A DNA stretch of 63,396 bases, counting the filler, from Choristocarpus tenellus KU-1152 (lineage: Eukaryota > Protista > Phaeophyceae), in assembly GCA_964200185.2 (NCBI GenBank). It is 10 parts of 10 records of this genome, joined end to end, with 100 filler letters (N's around TTAATTAATTAA, not from the genome) between each part and the next. Parts side by side here need not be neighbours in the genome. Positions count along the whole stretch, not along the records: positions 50,569 to 54,398 come from CAXNAD020017690.1; positions 54,499 to 63,396 come from CAXNAD020004217.1; 8 more parts are not named here. One strand, given 5' to 3'. Below, piece by piece: positions 51,763 to 63,396 of this stretch. How positions within the stretch are numbered: position 1 is the first letter of the stretch; each line of letters starts with the position of its first letter. The position numbers and the translations under genes were made by a program. A model generated the notes under the pieces. That model was not told where the DNA came from, made no database searches, and saw only the letters and a program-made list of their open reading frames with translations.

Positions 51763-51899
51763 TTCTGGTGTAACGCGTGGGTTCCGTGGTTAAGGAGGTA
51801 TTGCACCTTGCATTGACACCAGAAATTCGATAGATATAGCGCCGTTCACCTATCAGCAATACACATCGCCTACATATAAACACTAGTACCAAGGAGGGT

Positions 51900-52790
51900 A
51901 TCCCAGGCCAGGTCTCAAATGGTGAGCTGCGGCTGTACCAGTCTCCAAAGAATGCCAGATATCTATGAAACGTTTGGCCCTATCATCACAGACCTATACC
52001 ATGCCAAACCTCACTTTTCAGCTGGGATGTCCAAATACTCAATTCAAGGTTATCTTGGAGGCATGAACACTAGCTATCTCCCTCCTCTTCCGTCCCTCAT
52101 CCACATGTTCCCCAACTACTTGGAAGTGGGCATCATCCATGCGAGCCATGAAACCCTCAACCAGCAGCTTCTTTCTGCCTATAGCTGCCCTGATGCTCTT
52201 ACACCCGGTTTTTACTCATGCTTACCTGAATGATATGGGGTGATCCGTACGTTTCTGTCAGTCCCAAGGAGAATATTGAAATCTTTGACCTTGAGCATCC
52301 AAATCTGGAGCTGATGTAGACATCGTTTCAGGAAAACCATCTCTTGTGCTGAGTGTCTCAATCACCAGGATAAGTACAGCGGTAAATAAGAGCCCCAAAA
52401 ATAACGATGCAAGGACCCACCCTTGGTGAAGACCTTGTTCGACTTCGAACCATTCTGAGTACTATCCATCATTCACCTGTACAAAAGCTCGCATTCCAGC
52501 GTGAAAATGACAACCATACAAAAACATGTGTCCTAACAGACACACAAAACCTGGACAGTAGCGTTGTCCAAAGAAGGTCGCAGTTGACATAGTCATACGG
52601 CTTCTATGAGTTAATAAAGCGCATATACCATAATAGGATGCGCTTCTCTCTTGGCTTGTCCCGCCTCTGGCACGACACGTGCCACAAACATCACGTGAAT
52701 GGTATACATATAGATACAATTGCCCACAGGCGGTCCCCAGGCTATTGCCCAGGCGCCTTGTTGCTCCCTCTAACAAAGAAAACGAATGCC
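51900..52790 (-). mobile_element. Decayed, internally deleted RTE-clade LINE (RT fragment joined to C-terminal region)
   Basis: CFIDS.KPYDYVNCDLLW...HFHAGMRAFVQVNDG.YSEWFEVEQGLHQGWVLASLF (non-LTR RT motifs), then KTGCKSIRAAIGRKKLLVEGFMARMDD. Many stops and frameshifts. Confidence 0.85.
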
Positions 52791-54184
52791 AAGAGGAGGA
52801 GGCCTTTAGTCGATTAAATGAAATATGGAAAGAATCCCGTTGCAGATATTGGAAAAAATGTGAAATTATGGTGAGAGGAAATTAAAGTGCTACGTATTCA
52901 GTTGAAAAATGGTTGCTTCAAAATTTCTTTCTCGTAGTAACCTTATGACTATGTTAAAATTGCCCAAGTACCCATCAAATGTCTTCTCTTGCTGGACTCC
53001 TCCATGTGTCTTAATACAAGGCACTTCCTTCCACATATTTCATCTGCACCAGAGTAATTGTTACGAAAAGAGGCCAAGCACTGAAAATATTTGTCCCCTT
53101 CCTGCCATTTCCATGGAGTTCAGGTCCTGTGACTCTCTTCTCTCTTTGAATGTCTAACACACACAGACAGTTCCTGCGACATGTATCCCTATCTTACACA
53201 CAAGGAGCCCAAGCACTCAAATGTCCACTCTTACCCTTCCTTTTCCTATCTTATTCAGGTGCCCCTCCACTCTCCTCGGAAACCCCTTGATTTTCGTCCC
53301 TGAAAAGTAGGACTTTCTTTACCGTCCACCCCTTTCCTTTGCCTATCATAGGGGAAGTACCCTCACTTTCCTCGCTACAAATATAAAAACTTCTATGAGT
53401 TCTTCCTACCAAGTCTTCCTCACTTGATACAACTTCTTTCGAATTCTTTGTTATCAACTCCAAAAAGTGCAAGTCCTTGACTGTTCACCTCTATTCGAAT
53501 AAGCTTCATTTACATAATCTATTCCCTTGCACATTGTTTCCAATTTTTTCAAGAAGGTCAAGCCCCTGACTGTCCATCCGTGTCCTGCCTCTTCCCATCT
53601 CAGGACAGGTCCCCTCCACGAGATGACAGGAACATGAGAGGAACGGTAACTTCTTGGCTCAAGTGTTTTTAGTCTGCATTAGAAGAGGAGGATCGTCAGT
53701 GGTTGGTCCATCACTGTAACCTGCCTCTCCCCTGAAGAAGGGAAGAGGGTGCTGAAGAGTCTCATACAAGGATGTCCAACGGGATAAGGAAAGAGGCTCT
53801 GCATCAGAGGGAAGGTGAGGATAGATAGGTATAAACAAACAGGTCTGCTAGAAGCATAGATAGTGTGACTGACCTTGCCCATAGAAGCTGGAAACCCACC
53901 AAATCGGGGCTATCAAGGGTGGCACTTTGCTGCTGGACTCCATGCCCACCTTTTTACGTTCAACTTAGCCAATAAAAGAATGGAGGAAACACAATACATA
54001 ATATACAGTTCAATATTCAGTGCGATTGCCACTAAAGAAGGAACATACTGGAATGTTATATATATATTCGAAGAAACAAATACTCCATTCCTGATGGTGA
54101 CGAGTACAACATGTGGGAGGAGCACCCAACATTATAACTTGGGCGAGGGAACCACTCCAACGTATCCAACAACTCTTTCGACCG

Positions 54185-54398
54185 TTAAAGCAAAGGCAGT
54201 AGTTGTATCAAAGAGTTGAGCTTACGCATCAATAAACCAAGGTATATCTTATCCCGTTGATTGCAGTGAACTAGGAAGGAGACTTTTTTGGTTGGTAGTA
54301 TGGTGTCATTAATGAAGAAACTATTGACGGCGTTTTGAGTATGCTCTGTGCTGTCAGCAATACCCTCCATATCGTCATGCTGTCCCACTGGCCTCCCA
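54185..54398 (-). mobile_element. Possible decayed non-LTR reverse transcriptase fragment
   Basis: HDDMEGIADSTEHTQNAVN...TKKVSFLV...IYLG resembles (Y/F)ADD...A.S...LQ...N..KT....YLG. Confidence 0.45.
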
Positions 54399-57300
54399 NN
54401 NNNNNNNNNNNNNNNNNNNNNNNNNNNNNNNNNNNNNNNNNNTTAATTAATTAANNNNNNNNNNNNNNNNNNNNNNNNNNNNNNNNNNNNNNNNNNNNCC
54501 CCCTTATGTTCCTGCCATCCCACATCTAATTCTTCTTTATTGAGAATTACAACCCCTCTTTTAGGCATGCCCTCCATTCATCCTTTTGTGTCCCTATCCT
54601 TCAATATTTTGTCATTTTGTCTTTGTTAGATAACCAAGACTCACAAGCTGAAGACCATGAGCAAGAAGCAACTACGTCAAATTAAAAAGAGGCAGGTCAA
54701 CTCCAAGACTGGGGAAGTCGAGTTGGTGAATGCCTGGGGTGCGGGTAGGAAGAAGTGATAAAAAAAAAACTTTCCCAATAAAAAAAATATATCTTGCATT
54801 TTGACTCACGCATGGCTCTTGACACATGGCAGGGGGGGGGCAATTGTGTTGTGTTTGAAGCAGGTGTGAGATCATCTGTGATCAAACAGTTTGGGTTTTG
54901 TTGTGATACTGAAGGCGTTTTTTAATTGCCCATCTGGCAATAGATACACATAGAAAGCCTTCAGTGAGGGAGGGAGTGAAGTTGTGGGCTGCTGGCATAT
55001 GGGTGGTGGATAGCTGTGAGGTGGTGTGTGTGAGGAGCATTTTGTGACCCTTTTCTTTTGATTTTGGACTTTAGGTTTTCATTGTTTGAACAGTCTCAAG
55101 AGGAAGGACGTTGGGTTGGTGGAGTTCCCTCTTGAAGTATCACCTGTCTGAGGAGGCGTTTTTGCTGTCTCTTGGTGACTGGCGCGTGTTATTTGTGTGG
55201 AGGTTTGTGTAGTGCTATTTTGTCTAGGTGTTGGTTTGCAATTGTTTCTCTTGTCTGTTTAGTGTAGACCATCTTTGTACAAGGAGCCGGTGCAGTCATT
55301 TCACTGTGAAGGGATGACCTCTTCTTTCATTTTGTAATTTGATGGCAAACCTTGGATTCAATAGCTTCCAATCGGTTTCTGTCTTGTTATGATGCTTTAT
55401 GGCCCCGCTGTGAAAGGGACAATCTTTTTTGAGGGTTAGGGTTAGGGTTAGTGAAGTAGTGCTTCGGGGATGTAAATAGGACCCCAAAATTTGGTGGGCC
55501 AAGAAGAGATTGCCACTGAATGAGTAGGGTAGAGTTTGTGGGTCGGCATGATGGTATGGGACAGATTGCCAACAGTGCAAGCGGAACCCAAAATATTGTG
55601 TCAGTTTCTTTCATGAGTTGTAGTGGTGGTGACTAGAGTAAATCCTACCCTAACTACACCCCTGTAGTTTGATGAAATGATTGATTTGGTTGACTGGTGG
55701 GTTCCCTGACGACATCCTCTACTTCAGCATACTATTTTTTCTGAAACGTTTGGGCCCCCTCCTTGCAGTTCCCAAAGACCCATGTTGTGGAAAGGGGGTT
55801 GCATTGTTGTTCTATTTTTTGTTTGTTCTGGATGCTGGACACCAGGGCATGTGGTGTAAATCCATCATCTGCGACAGACAAATGTACATCTCCTTTGCTT
55901 CTGGGTCTCTTGATGTCCATTGCACACAAGGGGGTCATGACCTAACCAATGCCCAATTTTTCTGCCAATTGGACCATCACCACGACATGTAGCTGTGTGC
56001 AGTGTGTGCTTCAGAGCAGAGGTACAGGGTGTATGTTACTGATATTAAAATCAACTCTTTATTTCGACTATATACTAATATTTTTTTTAGGTAGTATTTA
56101 TTACGGTCTCTACGATCTATCCTATAAATTTGATTAGATTTTCTTTATTTTTATCTAAAGATTCTAGATAGCAATAAGCTTCATCAAACCCCTGTTCAGG
56201 CATTTTAACAGTAATTTTCTACTTAAAGTTTAAATTCCAACGACGTTGCCCATATCTTACTGCTGATGTAACTTTTAATGCAAGATTAGGATATTTACTT
56301 AAACTCTTACGTAAATTAGAAGCATAAATATTCGCATCTTATCCTACTACCTAGAATAATTACGTAATAGATAGTAATGTCCCAGAGGGGGGTTGGTTAA
56401 GTTCCTTTTTTGAGTTTATGGGACCTTTTAAGTATAGTTCAAGTCAACATGGAATGAATGAGGATGTGAACCGTAACAATTGGTATTAGACTTTGTATTT
56501 GTACAACACAGACAATAAATACCACACTTCAAGTACATCAAGTAAATTATATGCACACTTCAGGGCAAGAGGACAGTGGATTGAAGTAGGTGGAGCACAC
56601 TCCTTCCAATATCTGCCTGTGGTTGTGTCAGTTGGATGTGTGATATCTTTGTGTGTAGTGTCTAAATAAAAATGTGGCAAATGCAATTATGAACTGTGCG
56701 AGGCATGCTGTGCGTCAAATATTATCATGTAACTGCAAGGTTTGGGTGACCCTTCAACTACTCCAGAGCGGTATCAAATACCATACAACGGAAACAGTAT
56801 CATATCAAGGGTTGGAGCTTTTTTGAATTTGAGCGTCCTTCACCTCAAGTTCAGGCATCCATTTGTCTGAAGCGCGACAATTGATGAAATACTTCAGTAA
56901 GTTATCCTCAAAAAGTGCCTCTGTTGGGTTATGTCCATGTGTGTATCCATTCATTACATCAGTTTTTCATCTTCAAGCCCCCATGGTTAGCACTAACCAA
57001 ACTCTTTACTAGTAGTACCCTTTTCGCAGAAGAGCCAAACCACTTGAGAGGCAAGCAGGTTTGGACACTTTTTGCTTTCTAAGTCATCTCTCTCACCCTG
57101 TACAGTACAATCTATTCCATTGCTGTATGTACAAAATAGTGTACGCAATATTGATGCATTTTTCTTTCCACACACGCAGTGACACCACCATTCAGCAAAG
57201 ACGCTTTCCTTGCTTGTACAAAATGGCATATTTTTGCCCTTTATTGGGATCCTTAAATGCAACCCTGCCTACCTCTCAGTTTATTTTACTTACAATAGGT

Positions 57301-57712
57301 AAGAAACGATATTGACTTGGTGTACTAATCGATCGGACCCTCTCTTCTGGAATATACGTTGTAATCCAAATTTAGGTAGTGTGATACTTATTAGAAGTTC
57401 AGAGTCAAAAACGGACGCCGGCACCCCCCCCCCAGATACTTTGACCCAGAAAGAAGTGATACAACACAAAGACAGGAGATGCTAACAATGACGAAGCTTG
57501 CACTTGAGAATGTTCCCTCCCCCTCACTAACCCACTCTTGTGCAGCTCATCATTTCTGATAATCTAACTCCCTTTTCCTTGACACCTACAGCATTAAATA
57601 TAATATACAACTACCACTAAAATCATACTCAGCTGTATTTAGTAGTAGTACATATAGAGTGAGTACAACATCTCTAGCAATAGTATCTTCTTACCATGGC
57701 ATTTTGACTCTG

Positions 57713-57890
57713 GGCTCGAAGTATCTGGTTGGGAGGGGGGTTTTACACCTGGGTGTCCATTTGGCCCTGACCAGGAAAAGTGCACTCACATTATCCATCC
57801 GACACATGCAACCAAATCACCCAGAAATTGCGACATGTAAAAATGGGTCTCAAATAGATAGTCATCACCCCCCCACAGATACTTTGAGCC
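57713..57890 (+). mobile_element. Complete 178-bp MITE of the same family with 4-bp TSD (TCTG)
   Basis: TIR ggctcgaagtatctg...cagatactttgagcc; interior gggtgtccatttgg...aggaaaagtgcact.acattatcca is shared; tctg on both sides. Confidence 0.92.
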
Positions 57891-60331
57891 TCTGTCTGCT
57901 ACCATATTGGACCAAATTCGTCATTGCTGTCTCAGCACTTAAGTAATTGTAACTTTAAGGACCGACTACATAAAATAAGTAAAATAGTAATATTTTTGTG
58001 CCTTCATAACCATAGGCGTGGCTGCTGTCGATTTTATCCCCCCCTCTTCTTTCTTTATCGTGTTGGCACTGTTCTCCTCTCTCAACCCCACGGAAGGATG
58101 GGCGGCTGGATTGTCTCCTTCCCTTCTAATTGGTACCAATCAATACCTTAAAAATCATATTGAGTGGCAATATGAAGTTTGCTTTGCGTGTACACAGTAC
58201 AAATTATAATGAAGTCGTGGATTTTCACCAGGTCCTAGGACTGTGTATGGGCAATGACACATTACAGTCTGTCTAGTCATTACTATTTCAGAATGAAGCA
58301 GAGTCTTGAATGAATCTAGATCCCCCAAACCCATGCACAAACTCTACTGCAGTTGTTATTATTATGGATGGTGGGGTTCATCTCAAAACCATGTTAAGAA
58401 CAAATGCATACCTCTACGATGTTTTGCTGTGGGTAACACATACTAGATGTAGAACATACTCCAGAATATGAACATAAATATAAAAATATATGATCGCTTA
58501 CCCTGTTGTCTTGCCTCATCAGTTACGTCTGAGCTTTACCGTGCAACAATTGCAATAATGTTAATGTGTGGGAATCGATATGATCTAAAAATACCCAGCA
58601 ACAAAAAACGCAATCATCCGATTTTACCGTTGCTTCTCAGTGGAACAACACAAGTGACTCACCGATAACAATATATTGGTAGTACCTCTGTACTCCTAGC
58701 CTGATTATCTAAGACTGAGAAATACTCCTTGCTACTCTCAGGGACACATGTACTACATCATACAATACTTCTAAAACAGATTGGTTTTGTAGGTGCAGTC
58801 GTAGACAAGCGCAGAGAGAGAGGAAGAGTCCTCACCGTCAGACAGTAGAAACTCCAGTCAAGAGTACACTTGTCCTGCGATGGGACTGGATGTTTCTTTC
58901 ACTTACAATACATAAACCCTACGTAGGTACGATTAATATAAATAGTACGTAATACTTTACTACTGAAAAATATGGACACAATCACCTGTTTCCGCACACT
59001 AGTCAGGCGCTGGGTGCACCATACTTCCCTAAAAAACAAAAATTAAATCCTCAATGTAAGAGGAGGGCAAGAACAAATGGGCAGGTAGTAGTAGGTGCAC
59101 ATGTGAACGATTGAAAGGACATGAAACCAGTCAACTCCTCACGTTCCCCTCAACTATAGCATGCCACAGCTTACAGTAGATATAAAGCAGACGAGGGTTG
59201 AGAAAGAACTAAACCACTCGTAATGTTGTCAGGCCTTTTCTGGCATGGGGTAGAGAGAACTGTAGCATGTATTACTAACAGATGCATGACAACAGGCATA
59301 GAGTATGTACATGTATTCATTACAGCGCACAGAGCACTACAATGCCATGGCAGGTACACCACAATTGAGAGAACTGTATAACCCAGGTAAAACGACAGCA
59401 AAATACACGAAAGTAGATAATTTTTTCAAGCAACATAAAATACCCACCCACACCCATACATACATACACATACAGAAACCACACATAAAACACCTACGAT
59501 GCTCTAGTCATAGAAGACGAAGCAAGGCAATCACTTAGCCACTACAGGATTCAGTTCCTTCAATAGCCTATCACTTTCTACACACAATATATACATGTCC
59601 TCCAGCTTCCCATCTCGGTCCTGGAATGATCTCACACCATATGTGCTACTGTTTCAACGACTGTTCTTATCGCCGAAAAACATCACCCCCCCCCCCCCCC
59701 CCCCCGTTTTCCGAAGCTCATTGCTCCAACACAATCCCCCTCCCCCCCCTTTTCTATTCAACATTATTGCTTCCAAAGCATTTCAATTGACAACATTTAA
59801 CTGTTACAAAAATACAAAAAAGGCAACATTTCATGATACAGTTACATTTCATGTTACAGTCACGCAAAAGGGCTTGCCTTTTTTTGGGATAAGAGGGACG
59901 CTAGCAAAGCTGGACTGATGAATGAGTGAGAAAGCAACAACTAACAAAGCAAGTGTGGGCCAACACAATAGGCCTTGGGACAAGCCAGAAAAAAAAACTC
60001 TGTGTGAAGAGAAACAAACAAAAGATACACACTGGCCAATCAAAAGAGGTGTATCATCACAACAAATTGTGATCGGTGCTAGTGCAATTAGAAGGAGGGC
60101 TGCTGAGGTATGTAGGGGCTAGAACAGTGACATTTGGAGCATGAGTTGAGGTAATGTAGATCAACCCTCCTCTCCCCAATCTCACGTTCAAAACCGAACC
60201 TTTCAAACTTACAAAGGAATTTAGCAGCCTCCAATTCCAAAGACTTGTGGGGCTCTCTTTTTCAAGGCAGAGCAGTATCATACTGTACTTGCAACCTCCA
60301 CTAACAAAAAAAAAATAACAGGCCCCTTCAA

Positions 60332-61798
60332 TCAATCGTGGGGTCCCTTGACAAACACGTAATCATCGTCCTCATCCGTGCATCCTCCCTCATCATCTCT
60401 TTGACTGATCATGTTAGCCAGACCCATCACACACTCATAGTTGGGGCGAGTCTGTTCCACCGAAAACAGCGGAGGCGTGAACTGAGCACAAGAGAAAGAG
60501 ACAGAGAGCAGAGGTAAAAAAAAAGAAGAGAGCATTGTTGTATACCATGGAAGGCATTCCGTTTTTGTTCTTTTTAAAATACTTGGGCGTACCACAACAA
60601 CCACTGTGTAGGAAGGTGTACACTTTGCGCAGTGCAGACTAAGTTGTGGAGTTTCTTGCATTCTCTTTTACCTACTCCATCTGTTCATCACGTTAGCATC
60701 AAACAGAACTTCCGACAACATAGCGTCAACCGACTCTCTCTACGGGCAAAGAACCACTGATCATCCACGTGAACAACGCCTTCCAAGAGGTGAGTGCTCT
60801 TTGATCCTCCAGGTCCCTCAGCGACCCGGCTCGTTGTCCACCTTCCAACCCTACCACCTTACCCCTTGCACTTAGGACCCCAGAAGAGGACACTGTAAAG
60901 TACAGGTTGAGCATGCATGCTCTTCAGCTAGATGCTTTCTTGCCATCATGCACAGAGGTCCGTGAGCCACTAAGCTGAGCCACTACGACACACTTCATGA
61001 TGCCGTGTTTTAAGTCCCTTCTAGGTCGCGAAGTTGATGCCCTCGCAACCAGGGTTCCCCACTCCTCCGCCTTGAATGTATGTTGGGGCTCACAACACAA
61101 GCATCCTTATTTTGCGTACCTATCGCTCCAAACTCTATAGAAGGCGTGCAAAACAAAGAATGTCTCAAAATATTTCGGAGACCTACTTGAAGTGAACCCT
61201 GGAGCTGCCTCAAAGCAGCTCTGCACCTACAGCCTTCATTCCAGTCAGCATCAGGTTTGTTTTCTGTCAAAATCTCACCCATCTTTTGACCAGAGTGTGC
61301 CTATTACATCTGCCCGTAAGGTCTCTAACCGGCAACCTACAATCGTGGTATTGGTTTGATCCTCTTATAGTCGATATATCTGCCCCCCCCCCAAACAATA
61401 AATACATGTTTTTTTGATATTTGAACGGACTAATCAAATCTCGCTCCTGACCGTGACAAAATCGGTTTATCCCATTCGCTGGAGGGAAAGAGCTACACGA
61501 TAAAACATCCTTAATTTACTTTTCTTCTCCCCGTGACAACACCTGAAATTTGACAGTTGGTAGAAAAACAAATAACAAAAATAGTACTGTGCAAATACTT
61601 CAATGCAAACAATCAAAAGTAGTAAGGTATATAATCAAACTGAATAACATTCACGGAACAGGCGGGTAGGATACCAGAATATACAGGAAAGGTATGGAGG
61701 TGAGGTCTCATTTTGATTACTCATGGAATATGGGGAGGGTAGGACCTTACCATATCTGTGAGGAGAACAGCAAGAGGTTCAAGAGGTCCAAACAAGCT

Positions 61799-61830
<32 letters not shown>

Positions 61831-63315
61831 ACAGAGAGAGACAACTCATTGGTCAACTCTCTGCAAGGAAGGGTGGACCTCTTCCCTCGCATATGTACTC
61901 CATAGCCCAGTGATTCCCCACCTGTCTGTCCATTCACCTGCCTTCCTGTATGTTACCAACTCCAACTCTCATCCTCACATGCCGTTGCACCAGTGACTCT
62001 TCCTGAAAAAGTCAATAAGATCTAGAAGCCATCATAAAATAGTGATACCGCACATAACTGGACTGGCTCGAACCGGCTCTCCTCTGAATTGTGCGTCTGC
62101 TCGCCATCTCGCACCTCATTTCTCACTTTCAAGGGTACTGACTCTGGTTACGGCACGTGTATTGCCACAGTAACCGCGCCTTCTACAGACTCTATCCTAC
62201 ACCAGCTCTAACTGGCTCTAAATGATCAACCCAACACTTGATACACACACACACACAATGGTGCCATATATGTTACGCCCACCGATACTTCACAGATATC
62301 CTCGTGGGGAAGACCCGACCTTCTTGTGTGATGCTTCATACTCTGGCACGCCTTCCAAGTAAGACAACTCTGCGGATTGTTTCAAAAAGGAGCACCGAGC
62401 GTGGTACTGTATGATACTTGATACTCACAACACAGCAAGCACACTTTCTTTTCGAAGTGATACAACACTTGTACACAACACCTGTACACCGGGGAATGCC
62501 CAAGTCCGCCATGGCTTACCATGCACTTCAGAGAGTAACCACAACAAGCCATGACAGACAGTACAGTGCCAAAGAGACTCAAGAAAGAGTAATACGACCT
62601 TGATACACTCAGTATCATGAGTTGGTTGCTACCCACTCCACAGCATGTGTCATCCAACAAAAGGATACACACCTTATAACTCTAATGCCATTGCTATTAG
62701 TACTCCCTCGTGGATCAAGACCCCACCGATGGCCTCACAGATGCTCGATTATCGCGCGTCTTGCCTTCCCGCCGTGTGCACAAACACTGTGAGCAGACTG
62801 GGCCCCTTCAAGGATCTATGTACATTTTTCCTTGTTCAGTGGCTCTGTAGTAGTCCCCATACAATGCTCTAGAGCGTGTGGCTAAGTGGCTGTTTTCAAC
62901 TTGATTCAAGAATAAAAATCATTAGGGTTTCAGTATACTTTCCTATAGCCAAGGTTGAAGTAGAGTGCATGAACCGTTCCACTTTAAAACTCATATCCTG
63001 CTCTGAACAGCAACTAGATTTGCCAAGGTTGTCAAGGTCAAGAGATCAAGCCAATGGGATGTACTAATTTCATAATCATTTTTGTAGGTAAGGTGCATGA
63101 CTCAGTTGCCAGCACACAATGTGATGTGAAATAGTGTGGTGTGATGAGGTGTGGTTTGATGTGATATGATGCAATGTCTGCACCTGTTTTACCCTCTCTG
63201 CAAGATCCTGAAATGCTTCCCTATCCTGACAGTAGAACCCCAGTGCTAGTGAAGGGTCAACCCGCCTCACATCCATTGACACTGGTGTCTGACAGTGGAG
63301 TGAATACAAGTGGCG
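60332..63315 (-). CDS. ATG4: ATG4 autophagy cysteine protease, last two exons (63184-63315 and 60332-60481)
   Basis: SLHCQTPVSMDVRRVDPSLALGFYCQDREAFQDL is the peptidase C54 C-terminal motif. It splices in phase 0 to PLFSVEQTRP...DEDDDYVFV, an acidic C-terminal LIR. Confidence 0.92.
62290..62760 (+). mobile_element. Possible highly decayed Ty1/copia RNase H remnant in the ATG4 intron
   Basis: Weak likeness of LTTQQAHFLFEVIQHL and MASQML to copia RNase H segments, with many disruptions. Confidence 0.3.
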
Positions 63316-63396
63316 CTAATATGAGCATGGGCAATGGAGGGGGGGGGGGGGGGGGGGTATGAAGGGGGTAAGTTAGGAGAGAGGGGGGGGGTCAAG

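Noticed and set aside
56480-57340. Possible DNA transposase relic
   Set aside because: No catalytic motif recognisable in any frame.
1-63396. tRNA, rRNA or other structured ncRNA genes
   Set aside because: None recognised by eye. A tRNAscan-SE/Rfam scan would be needed to exclude them.

Overview
This is eukaryotic nuclear DNA made of ten unrelated short contigs joined by artificial 100-nt linkers (N44-TTAATTAATTAA-N44), so nothing can be inferred across a linker. Gene content and intron style point to a brown alga or a close ochrophyte relative (inference). Intron-rich genes, mostly partial: (1) an LRR gene with the brown-algal N-cap exon and one 72-nt single-LRR exon, whose 5' part looks disrupted; (2) 12 exons of an outer-arm gamma-type axonemal dynein heavy chain; (3) a tandem discoidin/CBM32-like (EsV-1-163-like) protein; (4) a complete TPMT-family methyltransferase, convergent with the C-terminal half of a probable WNK kinase; (5) SEL1L/HRD3 5' exons next to an isolated plastid-type FtsY exon; (6) a metaxin-like gene with a GC-AG intron; (7) the 3' end of ATG4. 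The rest is decayed RTE LINEs, mini/microsatellites, telomere-like repeats and small dispersed repeat families. Best leads: the LRR locus (72-nt LRR cassette, a duplicated intron unit lacking the exon, an inverted near-identical copy of another exon); a 4-bp-TSD MITE family with a ~45-50 bp micro form; a ~35-bp hairpin+TAA dispersed repeat; gene-like fragments nested in introns; an in-frame SEL1L/FtsY juxtaposition; and strong gene-body CpG depletion. All calls were made by eye, with no database searches. No novel system is proven.
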